Assembly: GCF_947568905.1 (NCBI RefSeq)
Contig: NC_079172.1
Location: 4,340,001-4,404,000 of the forward strand
DNA length: 64,000 bases
Reading direction: 5' to 3'
DNA from: Ostrea edulis
Lineage: Eukaryota
The translations under genes were made by a program, and so were the position numbers. Under the pieces are notes generated by a model. The model was given only the letters and a program-made list of their open reading frames with translations, ran no database searches and was not told the DNA's origin. Of the stretch, positions 38,813-51,380 are shown piece by piece; positions within the stretch are counted from its first letter, which is position 1; the number at the start of each line of letters is the position of its first letter.

Positions 38813-41587
38813 TTAGATGTTATTAAGACTTCGTCGTGACTGAGAGGTCCGAATCAATCTCTCGCAAATATGTGGCTCTGGCACAAAATGCACTGTCCGA
38901 AAACAGAAAATACTGGTCCGGTAGTTGGCAGTCCCTCCATACATCATGTAATCTTCATCCGGACCCGGTGTCAAGACTGTAAAATCCCACTTATCTCCCA
39001 CACGTTTGGTGAATGTTTGCTCCCCAAGACGAATACTTTGTAGCAATGGTGATATGATGCGAAATCTCACATAATTCCGCGCGGGAAGAAATCGTTTCTT
39101 GGGTTCTATGAGCGTTATCATGAACTTCTGAACAACTGGTAATGCAATGGGAAAAGGCATAAACGGTATGTATCCGTGATTACACGTGATCAGATAGTGG
39201 ATAGCAGGAAGGACGGATCCATCAGACGTTTTCTTTGATATGGTCAGTTTGTAATTTCCTCTTTTGGGCATGCGCGCAATTGCTACGATGGATCGTGCAT
39301 CAGTTTGAATAAGAACGCTGTTCACAACTTCATCAACGTCCTCTGATGACTGCAGTCTGGGAACTATCTCCATTGTTTCCCAGACGGGTATGTACAAATC
39401 AATTTCGCCACATGATGTTTCATACCACCACTGATAAACAATTGCTTTTTCAAACCCTATATCCCGATAATAAAGCTCAGGACCCCAGATTCCATGACAG
39501 GGAAATAGCTCCATGTCCTTAGAAACTTGTAAGCACTTAACAATGTAAGTAGCAACTTTACCGAAGTCGTTTTCTTTAGAAAACATCTTGGCATATATTT
39601 TGAGTATGTAAGTAGTGACGGTAGGCAATTTGAGCTTTATTTTGACACCATCACGTCCCATTCGTTCTGCCATGGTATATTGGTCATGTACTATATTGTC
39701 AAATTGGTAAACTTCTTCCATTTCACAAGACACGTCTTCTATTGGCACGCTGGGACCACTAATGATAATCGTAGTTTCACATATCACTTCAATCAAAGTA
39801 TCCCCGTGTGTTACAAGCCCTATTCCGTTTTCCATAGCATATTCATGAATAATCGCTCTTCTTGAAAATGTTTCCAGATCTATGGGTTCGTCAACTAATT
39901 GCCATTGTTTGCTAGTTTCCAAATTGTCGTTCATATACGGAAAATGTTTGACACCGAAAAAGTCCGGATTTGTTAAGAAATAGAAGTCATTACACAACCA
40001 CTGAAATTTGCCAATGTCGTTAATGTACCCTGCATCCCATGTGCAATCCACAAATCGCCACTCCTCCCCAATGTGAACCACGCTCCAGGCATGGTTGATT
40101 TCCGAGGATTGTAAATCAAAGGCTACTTCTTCAATATTTGTGTCGTCTTTTCCATAACCTTCTAGAGTTTTCACCGGAATACCAATGGATCTGAAAGGAA
40201 AACGATAGCAGTATTTTATACATGTATCCATATCTCAAATATGTTTAGGTAATATTCGTTCAACTCACCTGCACATTGCCGCAAATAGATTACAATAACC
40301 GTGGTAACCAGCACACTTCTTTTTCAAAACGTCTTCTGCTGATGATTTTCCGAATTCTCGTGTTTGAAAGCCTTGAACGTCGTATCTATAACAAACATGC
40401 TCACTGATTATCGTTATTAAGATGTGATCGTATTCGTCAATGAGATCCAATTCTTAGTACCCATTTCTTTCTCTGTATTGAGAGATTTCTAACCTTATGT
40501 TGGTAGTTATCCATCTGTGTACAGCTTTAACCTTCTCCACTCTCTCGTCAAAATCACGGGTCAGATAATCCACTAGAGTAGCAACATTTCCACAGACTTC
40601 GCTGGGGGTCTACAAAAAACAGTCATGCAAACAAGTCATACTATACGAATAAGCAATAAATTTCTGAAAATTCTTCATAAAAATAAGGACTTAGGACTAC
40701 TACTATTTGAACGTGCTCACAAAACTATTTTTAAAACAAATCTGACAGAACAGCTTCAATACCTCTGTGACGTGTGCATCAATCAGCTCTAGTATTTCCG
40801 GTGATGGTACTATATTGTCTTTGGTTTTGGTATTTGGACCAGGAGGTATAAGCATATCGTAATCATTCTAGAGACCAAAACACAATGATTTTAATAAACA
40901 AACCTATCACATTCATAGAAATTTAATGTGGTCAGACATTAGTATCGTAATGGTAAATATCTTTTACATTAAGAATCCATGTAGTTGTGACAGGACGGAT
41001 TATAATGGAACTTTTCTTGATTAACACTTACCAGTGATCCTTTAAAGGTGCACAGATTAATACATGTAGTGTTGAGGTCAAAGTTTTGAAGGAGAATTAA
41101 TTACGACAACGATCTAGCTAAATTCATTGCACAATTAGTAGCTGTGCTTAAGTTGTGAATAATGTATTGATCTTTCATGACTTTTTCAAAAAATAAACTA
41201 TCTTAGGTTTCTTTTATTTTCTCTAATTAGTCAAGTTTTTAATTGGGGTAGGTCGTTGGTGAAAAGCTATGAGTAGGCTTTTCAGCCGAATGAATTTCTT
41301 CAAACGGACTATTCAAGTATATGCATCTAGTAGTGTCAAATCTTCTAATCACAATCATTTTACTTTTCAAAAGATATCGGAGGCTTACAAATGATGTGTC
41401 AAACAAAAGGATCATATGGCAAAATCTCTCAGTTGCATATCTTACGTTGTTTGTGATGTCGGGTTTGTGTGAGGCTTACGTTGTTTGTGATGTCGGGTTT
41501 GTGTGAGGCGGACTTGACACCAGACTTCTCTCTCAGGATCGCCGCAATCTTCCGAGGTCCTGCTTGCTTGGATGGACAAGATCCCAT
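38813..41587 (-). CDS. KY (kyphoscoliosis peptidase)/hillarin-like transglutaminase-fold protein, 607 aa; exons 41587-41480, 40867-40763, 40609-40494, 40385-40269, 40190-38813
   Basis: Kozak CCACCATGG; motifs KVKAVHRWITTNI, GYCNLFAAMCRSIGIP, GYGK, NHAWSVV, WRFVDCTW, FYFLTNP..F..KHFP followed by repeated beta-sandwich domains; phases consistent. Confidence 0.87.
41441..41508 (-). repeat. Perfect 34-bp tandem duplication across the first coding-exon donor of the KY-like gene
   Basis: 41441-41474 equals 41475-41508. Confidence 0.95.
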
Positions 41588-42324
41588 GGTGGTTACTGTT
41601 TTCTACTGTTACCTCATAACTGAAGTGTCTAATCTAGTTTACATGTTAAAAAAATCATTATATTGATAGTACTGAGTAAATCCATCTACATTCTCTAAAA
41701 GAGATGTTCACCGGTTATTGCTTCAGTTAAACTATGGTTAAAATGCAAAACGTTTGACAAAATCTGCTGAACTATAATGAGACTAATAGAAAATTTGTCT
41801 TCTAGAAAATGTGACACAGAAGGTTATGAACAGTAGGGTTTAAAAATTAAAGATATTCGAGAAATTGTTTGAATATAATTTATTATTGATTAAAGGAATA
41901 TCTGTGGTGGATTTCGTCCAAAATTCATTTTTATTTTTGCTTTTAGTACAAAGCTGTACTCTATCGAAATTCAATTCAATACCGTGATAAATCGAGAAAC
42001 TCCGAAAAGTTCGTTAATTGGTGTACATTTATCGTGTTTGTATGAATGATTTATATCGTAAAATTACCATAATTAAGATGCATAGGTGTGGGGTTTTCTA
42101 TGGATTTTATATCTACTGGCCTTAAGTTTTTTAGTCTGTGAGATCACACCTCCAAACAAAGACAATAACAATATTAAAATACAATGTACAAGGACCTTAT
42201 TACCATTAGATTACCCCTCATTGCACGATGATAAATATTTCCAATGTTTTTACCTTCGATATCTACCAATTGAAACGATAATCATTTTCTCATGAATGTG
42301 AACAATGTTCGCAGGAACCTTGAT

Positions 42325-42545
42325 AGACTGTGTTTAAACGTCCCACTCGAGAATCTCTCACTCATATTGAGACAACACCACTGCCGGTGAAGGGTTGTCA
42401 AATTTAGGCCTATGCTCGGAGCTTACGACCTTGAGCAGGGAGAGATATTTATCGTGCCACACCTGCTGTGGTACAGGACATCGGTTTCAGTGGTCTCATC
42501 CGAAGGACAAGCAAGGGTAATGAGGACCTATTCCAACCCATATCC
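42325..42545 (-). mobile_element. SINE family A (MetaSINE-like)
   Basis: Matches the copies at 30112 and 51018. Confidence 0.7.
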
Positions 42546-45119
42546 ACACCTGAATAAATATTTTTTAACGGCTGGGAATAAAATGAAAGTAAAACTGTGT
42601 ATATAAATTTTGAAAATACAACGACGCTTCACGCCAGCATACTTTTCATTCAGCACTAATGCACTTCATGAAGCATCCTGGGCGTAAACCGCCGCAGTTC
42701 ATGCTCTCATGTATTTAAAAACTGAAATTCATATCTATTGATATACCTGTATATTATAAGTATATACAATGAAAAATGATACGTTTTTGGTAATCCCATT
42801 ATCCATGTATAATAAATACGAATTAAAATATATGCATAATACATTTTATGTGTACAATATGCTGTTTTATTCAACATCTTTATCATTTATTTTTGCAATA
42901 TGGATTTAATAAAGTTTATCAGTATCTGGTGAGAGGATGGTTTCGTGTCCTATCCTAATACGTGACATCAAAACTGGATTCAAGCGGAATTAAAGCAGTG
43001 AATTATTTCAAATGTCTTCTGATGGTTACATGCTGTAAAGTTGTTGAATTAATAACGTGCAAAACTTGTTTTCAGTTTCGACTTTTATCATTTCCGGTTA
43101 GTATGTAGAAAATTGATATAATCGAGGAGAAAATGGACTATCTGAAGGACTAGGAAATGTACCTGTTAACAATACGTTGCTTTAGGAATCCGTGAATCGT
43201 GTATGGATGATAGGCACATATGATAAATCTCCGTAAAAAAACCACTTTGAAGGAAAACATTTGCACATTGCGATGTAAATAAAACCTATCCCAAAGCAAA
43301 AAAGTCTTTGTTAATTTAAATTAATCTTTTATATTACTTTAACCTATCCGTAATTATATGGATTAAGTGCCAATAATCTACTTAATGTAAACATATAGTT
43401 TTAATTCTTTAATTACTATTACAGAATTAGTGAATAGACTTACACACCTTCTGTAAAATATCAGTGTGCGATAAACATTACAAATTCAGGTTCCGACAAA
43501 TCAATATTATGGAACATAATAGCATTTATGTTTAAAGCGTATATATGTGTCATTTGCCCTATTGGGGACCTCGTATAACTTTACCCCGTTGGGGGCCTCA
43601 AGTTTGTTAGCCAATCAATGGCTTGGATAGGCACGCGATAGCTTGTGTTTTGCACACGTTAGCCTTTTCATATACATGGGATTCAGTGAATACAAATTGT
43701 AAAGCGGATCAAAGTTTTTTCATTTTATTCAACCCTCCACCACCCCAACTTTCCGTCCTCAATATGGAGGTTTACTCCGGTGCTATGCAATCTTTTTATA
43801 TAGGCTTTTAATCATTTGGGTTGGCCTTATTTGTTCGCCATCTTTTTGCTCTGGGTTTGTTTTGATGAATTTTTATTTGTCATCTTATAGCGTAGCATTA
43901 TTTAAGTTATTTTGTCTTCTTTGGGGGAAATCAGACTTTGAGTAATTTAGCTTTGCAGGTACTTTCATGTAGAATGTATTATCTGATTTCCCCCAAAATC
44001 TTATGTTGAAGATTTCTTTCGTCATTTGGTATTGTAATAAATGACAAATTTTCAATCTCAATCATTCTTTGTTCAGATTTTTTATGACAGCAAAAACGAG
44101 CTACGGTGAGCAGAGTTTGGGTAATAGAAGCTGACAAACATAACTGTAAATATTACTCTGACATACTTAGTTATTACAGAGTCAAACAGCAGCATTGATT
44201 GCGTTATGCTATTCATTTCTTGAACATTAATAAATGACAATGATGTACCAATGCCAAAACCCGTAGGCAGATCCTCGCTCAAAATAAAAGGTATAATTTA
44301 CGTTAGATCACAGCAACAAACCTTCACTTAGTGCATTGCTCCGTTGCACTTACAATACAAGTGTCGCTCCGTTCTTCAGCTGCGTCGTCACGGACGCGCG
44401 TGCAAGCATTGCAGCGCATACTCTCAATTCATAAGCTTTAAATTCTGGTCTTCACCAAACCACTGAATGGAAAGCATGAGCTTGCCAAAATTCGACATTA
44501 GTTTAAATGGTAAACTTTGGGAATAATACTCCAATGAAGATGTAATGAGAGGATTACGGTATACCTGATCTTGTTTACATTCCGTAACCCTATAAAACAG
44601 GCTCTTCACTTTTTCATCCTTTTCCGATACATTGCTATCTTGTAATATTATGCTTTCCTTTAGGTAAATTCAAGTACAAAAGGATATAGATGTACACGTA
44701 CTTTTTTTTTAAAGTAACTATACATAAGTAGCTATATATGATCAATATCTGATACATTAATGCATTTAGTCAAAACAATCGATTCATTAATTAACACTTT
44801 GAAACATACAATACTATACATGCATAACGTGAACTTCAGGCTGACTTTTCTTTTGTGGACATTTTTGTATACCGAATTCTTTAGAATTCCCAAAATATAC
44901 ATAGTTTGACAAGATCTAGATGAAGATGAAATATGTATTAGCTTGCCTTATCTAGAGGAAGGTGAAATATCTGTAAATCAAATATTCCAATCACGAAAGT
45001 TTTCCATTATTAACAGCATAAGAACGTATAATTTTCAACGCTTTATATCATCATCCCTCACGACGAATTAAAAACTAGGCTTTTTGACATCACAAAAGGC
45101 TGCTTCTTCTATAAAAACA

Positions 45120-46045
45120 TAATTCGGATATATATTCCTATCTTGTGATCAGCCATCCTTTATTCTTACTCTACTCTGAAGATGCAGGAATTCCTCATTA
45201 TCAATATGCAGTCTTCGGAGATTAGGTATTTGAATAGTCTGTTGGAATTCCCATGCGCACAAATATTGCACACTTTTATAATTACTCTCATGAGAACAGA
45301 ATTTATTCATACACTTTTACTTGCTGTGACTTTCAGCTCGACAGTTACATACATCGACGTTTTATCTATGGACGAGAATCATTTTCATTCATACGTCGGT
45401 TCGATCTACCCCAGTCAACTCGAAACAAAAGGCACCACAGTGTCTTCCATTACCCATATCTGTTTCATACTTGTATGTTTTATTGGACATTGAACTTAAC
45501 GTCCAACTAATAACTCAACTTAACTTTAACCGGTACAAATGGACGACTTATCCATCGTCAGCTCCTCACATTTCTGAAGCAGTACTTCGTCATCACCTGT
45601 ACATGGTGTTATGTCTCCCGAAGGATTCAATACGCGAGAGCTTGTTGAAATATAAGTTGATGTTATATGGGTTTCGAAAATCTCGTTTAAAGTCAGCATT
45701 TTGCAAATTCTCTGGTCGTTAAAATTATCATATTTGCAAATACAGCCGCATATTACCACGAGTGTTGTCTGGAGTGACTTATACCAATTGTTAAACCGTT
45801 CTTTGCATACTGATTTTGTCTAAGGATTGCTCCGTTTACCTATCAAGGTACAGGGCTCTTTGCGGATGAGACCGGTCAACTCCTCTTAGGCACCTGATCC
45901 TACCTCTGGTGTTTACAGTGGTCCTTGTTTTTAGACACCCGATCCCACCTCTGGTGTTTACAGAGGTCCTTGTTTGCTCTGTTTTCGATTTTGTATTCTC
46001 TTTAGGACATATGAGATTGATCACTGTTCGTTATCTTCTCCATTC
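45120..46045 (+). pseudogene. Degenerate Penelope-like reverse transcriptase plus 3' module
   Basis: Broken frames give VGIPMRTNIA (GxPMG motif), TYIDVLS (YIDD lacking one D), FHSYVGSIYPSQLE, KSAFCKFSGR. Confidence 0.7.
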
Positions 46046-46059
46046 TCATTTAGTACCTT

Positions 46060-47790
46060 GATACCATCTAGAGTAAGGTGATATATGCAGTAGCTTGAGG
46101 ATAAAAAGAGGAAGATGAAATATCTACTAGATTGATAATATCTAGAAAGGGAGATATATAGTAGATTGACAATATCTAGAGGAAGCGGAAACATCTAGTA
46201 GCTTGATAATAGGTAGAGAAAGGTGAAATTCCTAGTATCATGACAATATCCAGAGAAAGGTGAAATTCCTAGTATCATAATAATATCCAGAGAAAGGTGA
46301 AATTCCTAGTATCATAATAATATCCAGAGAAAGGTGAAATTCCAAGTCTCATGATAATATCCAGAGAAAGGTGAAATTCCAACTATCATAATAATAACCA
46401 GAAAAAGGTGAAATTCCAAGTAGCTTGACAATATCCAGAGAAAGGTGAAATTCCTAGTATCATAATAATATCCAGAGAAAGGTAAAATTCCTAGTAGCTT
46501 GACAATATCCAGAGAAAGGTGAAATTCCTAGTAGCTTGATAATATCCAGAGAAAGGTGAAATTCCTAGTATCATAATAATATCCATAGAAAGGTGAAATT
46601 CCAAGTAGCTTGACATTATCCAGAGAAAGGTGAAATTCCTAGTATCATAATAATATCCAGAGAAGTGTAAAATTCCTAGTATCATAATAACATCCAGAGA
46701 AAGGTGAAATTCCTAGTATCATAATAATATCCAGAGAAAGGTGAAATTCCAAGTAGCTTGACAATATCCAGAGAAAGGTGAAATTCCAAGTAGCTTGACA
46801 ATATCCAGAGAAAGGTGAAATTCCTAGTATCATGATAATATCCAGAGAAAGGTGAAATTCCTAGTAGCTTGACAATATCCAGAGAAAGGTGAAATTCCAA
46901 GTCTCATGATAATATCCAGAGAAAGGTGAAATTCCAAGTAGCTTGACAATATCCAGAGAAAGGTGAAATTCCTAGTATCATAATAATATCCAGAGAAAGG
47001 TGAAATTCCTAGTAGCTTGACAATATCCAGTAGAAAGTGAAATATCTAAGGCCTAGTAGATTGACATTTAAAAAAGGGTGAAATAGCTAATAGTATGACA
47101 ATATCCAAGAGAAAGGTGAGCTATCTGTAAGCTTGATAATATCAAAAGAAAGATGAAATATCTAGTAGTATGACGATGTCTAGAGAAAGGTGAAATATCT
47201 ATGACGATATCAAGAGAAAGGTGAAATATTTAGAAGTATGACTATATCTAGAGAAAGGTGAAATATCTAATAGTATTACGATATCAAGAGAAAGGTGAAA
47301 TATCTAGTAGTATGACGATGTCTAGAGAAAGGTGAAATATCAATGACGATATCTAGAAAAAGTTGAAATATCTATTAGTGTGACGATATCTAGAGAAAGG
47401 TGAAATATCTAATAGTATGATAATATCAAGAGAATGGTGAAATATATATTAGTATGACGATATCTAGAGAAAGATAATATATATATGACGATATCTAGAG
47501 AAAGGTGAAATATCTAATAGTATGATAATATCAAGAGAATGGTGAAATATATATTAGTATGATGATATCTAGAGAAAGATAAAATATATATGACGATATC
47601 AAGAGAAAGGTGAAATATCTCTATGACGATATCTAGAGAAAGGTGAAATATTTAGTAGAGTAGTATGATAATATCTAGAGAAAGGTGAACTGTCTAGTAG
47701 TATGACGATATCTAGAGAAAGGTGAAATATCTATGAAGATATCTAGAGAAAGTTGAAATATCTAGACACTTGACAATATCTAGTAGTAAG
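46060..47790. repeat. ~37-bp tandem array (AGAGAAAGGTGAAATTCCTAGTATCATAATAATATCC), ~45 copies
   Basis: Directly visible; homogeneous block ~46215-47030, diverged blocks on either side. Confidence 0.95.
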
Positions 47791-48837
47791 GCAATACAAT
47801 GTACCTAGGGAAATTATCTAATGAAATATCTTTTACTTAGAGAAAGGTGAAATGTCCTCAAATTCTAATTCTAATAGATTGTTGGAAACCTTCATCGTTT
47901 TGTGAATAATTTAGAGACGCCTCAGCAATCTGTGTGGATCCACGCATGTGCACAGATGTTTGAATATTCAGCAGGAAAGATTCTGAAGGCGTCAGCCTAT
48001 GAAAACTGATGTAAAGATTGGATGACATGTTGAGGTCCGATTGGACTCCATATCAGGACATTGCACTTATCACCTGTTGCTGCCTCCTATATTATCTGCA
48101 ATAATTATGTTTGCATCATAAGTATCACCTTGTTACACCGAGCTACAATAACAACACAACAGGTAAGATCTTATACTTATATTACATACATAGTCAATGT
48201 TTCATATTTTATCGCATTCTTCCTCTTGATAATCATTATGATTATAAATATTTCTCCTTTTTTTCCCTTTTATATGAATCAATGACTTTTTAGTAAAATA
48301 CATATTGGGTAGTTTTAGTGAAAAAATCTTTGAAAAAATTCGTTGAAGCATTTGCGTTGTATTACTATAGTATCCTTCCTTTTATCAACATTAAAGATCT
48401 TATAGGACTGAGCCATGCTTCTCTGAACTAAAAATATAACCCATGTTCGTCATCAGCAATCTTTGGCAAGACTCTTCAAGTCGTTTGAACACGGTTAGTT
48501 TTCATCTTCACAACACGGACAGGCAAAAATTGTTAAACAACACACACACCAAAAAATGTTTCTGTTGTGGTTTGGGATTGTAAAGAGCCGAGTACACAAT
48601 TTGACAATGTAATAATTAAATGTTGGTATACATTAAAAAGAGAAGACTTCTTCACTTTGGAAACATGCGATATGTCCTTTAATTAAGACATTTCTTTGTT
48701 CTTCTACGCCCCATTCGAGTTTTATTTTACTAGAGACGTCACCAGGTGCAGGTGAAGCGGAACAGATTTTGCATGGGACTCGGGGCCATAGTAGTGAGAG
48801 TTTTTTTTTAATAGTGCCAAAGTCTACCATGACACAG

Positions 48838-49220
48838 CCAGGGGCGGATCCAAGAATTGTGGTTACGGGGGGTGTCACTTTATGAAGCAGGGGTCTGGTG
48901 GCCGCCTTGAGGCCCCCAGTGGGTCCAGTGGGGCGAAGCCCCCGGAAGCTCCTGGATTTTACAGGTTTTACAGGGCTTAAAATGTCTCCTATATAGTCAT
49001 TTGTACTATTTTCTATCATTTTTAATAAGGTGAAATTAATAAAATGACGCAGATTTTAAGGGTTTTGGGGAAAAATTAAGTTCTCCCAATAAAGTAATTC
49101 ACGAAATCAAAAGATTTGTCATTTATTTCTCCAGGAGTGGAAGAAATTGCTTCTTTTATCGTTTAGTACATTTTTTTTAAACAAGATACCACAATTTACC
49201 TTAAATTTGAAAATTTTAGG
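48838..49220 (+). mobile_element. GC-rich hAT-type MITE fragment (CAGGGGCGGATCCAAG start)
   Basis: Same terminus as the element at 10184. Confidence 0.5.
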
Positions 49221-49590
49221 CCACTGACAGCACCTCCATTTTTGAGGTCATATCTGAAAGACTCGTGACTTTCACTAACGCCGCACGTTCGGCGAAGGAA
49301 CAACTACTACCTAGGCTATGTTGAACGTCTTAGGTTTCACACGGCTCCGGATTGGATTCTCGAACCGGGTAACCGCGACCGGTGTAAAACATTTCACGTT
49401 GTTCTGTAATATATATATATGGAATTAATATCAATATAGATCCAGAATTTCAGTCATCCCAGTTGGAAATTAGCATCTGTCTGCTTTAACACCACGGTAT
49501 AAATGTACAAAGTGCACTGCTTGATCTAAATAGGGTTCCTTTGAAACTCGGTTATTTTTCTGGATATTGGACTGCTAACAGATATCCATT

Positions 49591-49626
<36 letters not shown>

Positions 49627-50057
49627 CAGATAGTGTAGGTTAGACTCGTTTTTGTTCTGGCGGTCAATATTGACTTTTATGAAGTTTTTATTAAAAATCC
49701 CAACATTGTGAAATACTCGAAGTAAACATGATTTGTGTGGAAATCCCAAAGGTCAATTTGTGTTAATTTAAGATTGGGCCTCAATGTTTAAGAAATGTCA
49801 TTGTTCGTTGTCCAGGTTATATACTAGATTATTCACGCCTAAAACACCTCTGTACATCACATATACCCAGCAGGAAACCGTAAATATCGAGTTTTTATGA
49901 TTTTATATTTGCGTTTTCCGATTTTGTTCTAAGTGATTTATACCAGGAAAATGAAATAAAAAAGACGAAACCTCTATTAAATAAATCAAATAGAGAAAAA
50001 GACATGGACACTATAAATATAAAAAATGATTTTTAAAAACTTATTAGCAGGTTGATC

Positions 50058-50462
50058 ATGAGGATTCTTTTATATGGAGTGATGCTTGTGACCTTTGCAT
50101 CAACTTTCACAAAAGCCCAGTGTCTTCGACGCTACGCAATCTACACAGTACGATATGGAAGTTGCAGACCAAAGCGACTCCTGGTGAGAGCTTGTATGGG
50201 CGGATGTTTCACTCATTCCAGGCCGTCTCAAACATCTCCCACTGAAGTCATGCACTTCTGCCAATGTTGCCAACAAGATGGTGTTCTGCACCAGAGGACG
50301 CTTCTTCGCTGTCCTGCAAGAGGAAATCCTCGACATTTTCAAGCAGTTCCTTTCCCAGTGTCTATAGCCGAGTCATGTAGATGTCGCCCTTGTTCCGTTT
50401 TGCCTGAAAACATATTGCCCTCCGAAGGTGAAATGTTCTACCGTCCAGTCCGAACACAATGA
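50058..50462 (+). CDS. Secreted cystine-knot protein, bursicon-alpha-like (134 aa)
   Basis: Signal peptide MRILLYGVMLVTFASTFTKA; 11 Cys in the pattern C-x13-C-x9-CxGxC-x17-CxCC-x13-C-x21-CxCxxC; acceptor TTAGCAG just before the ATG suggests an upstream non-coding exon. Confidence 0.8.
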   Translation: MRILLYGVMLVTFASTFTKAQCLRRYAIYTVRYGSCRPKRLLVRACMGGCFTHSRPSQTSPTEVMHFCQCCQQDGVLHQRTLLRCPARGNPRHFQAVPFPVSIAESCRCRPCSVLPENILPSEGEMFYRPVRTQ

Positions 50463-50562
50463 ATGACGAACTTCTGTAAATCATGGATAGAAAATTATTA
50501 CTTGTATCATTATTCAATGTTTTAAAAAAATCTGTTGGAAAATGTTATTATTCAAAATAAAC

Positions 50563-51010
50563 AAGAGACCTTCGGGCCTTAACATTTTGCTAGAACTATA
50601 GAAGATTTTCCAAGATGTAATGAATTTTCTATATATATGAACAACTTATCCCCTCTCTAGGGCCCGAACCCAATGATCGTGGATTTCAAGATTTTGGTGT
50701 ATAGCACAATGCTCATTATAATCAAGAAACATCAATTCCTTGCCTGCTTAATGTCCAGAAGTAAAGATTTTCTAAGATATAATGCATTTCTAATATATGA
50801 CCAACTAACTTAGCACCACTCTGAACCCAGACAGGGGTAATCAATTTCAACGTGTTGGTATAGGACTCACTGCTCATTATAATCATGCCAACAGTTTGAC
50901 TGATTGATGTCCGGAAGTAAAGAAGATTTTCGAGGATACAATGCATTTTTAATATATGGCCAACCAACTTAGCCCCACCCTGAGGCATGAACCCGGAACT
51001 CAAGGGTAAT
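50563..51010 (-). mobile_element. Degenerate HINE fragment with ~160-bp units
   Basis: AACAAGAGACCTTCGGGCC end motif and repeated units. Confidence 0.5.
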
Positions 51011-51017
51011 GAATTTC

Positions 51018-51380
51018 ATTTGATTAATTGATTGTATATTGTTTAACGTCCCTCTCGAAAAATATTCGTTCATATGGAGACGTCACTATTGTCGATGAAG
51101 GGCTGCAAAATTTAGGCCTATGCTCGGCGCTTACGGAATTTGAGCAGGGAGGGATCTTTATCGTGCCCCACTTGCTGTGACACGGGGCCTCGGTGTTTGC
51201 GGTCTCATCCGAAGTACCGCCCCGTTTAGTCGCCCTTAAGACAAGCAAGGGGTACTGCTCCAGGACCTATTCTAACCGCCGGGCATAGGCCTAAATTTTG
51301 CAGCCCATCACCAGCAATGGTGACGTCTCCATATGTTTGAAATAATCTCGAGAGGGCCGTTAAATAATTTCAATCAACTA
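51018..51380. mobile_element. Two SINE family A copies in inverted orientation
   Basis: Minus copy 51018-51270 and plus 3' copy ~51277-51380. Confidence 0.75.

Noticed and set aside
44082-44282. RecQ/AcademH helicase relic suggested by DLPTGFG
   Set aside because: The Walker A Lys-Ser is missing (GIG follows) and no DEAH or other helicase motif is recognisable; a tBLASTn/HMM search would be needed.
45120-45720. Selenocysteine read-through in the Penelope-like RT
   Set aside because: The copy has frameshifts and TAG/TAA stops and no recognisable SECIS; it is simply decayed.
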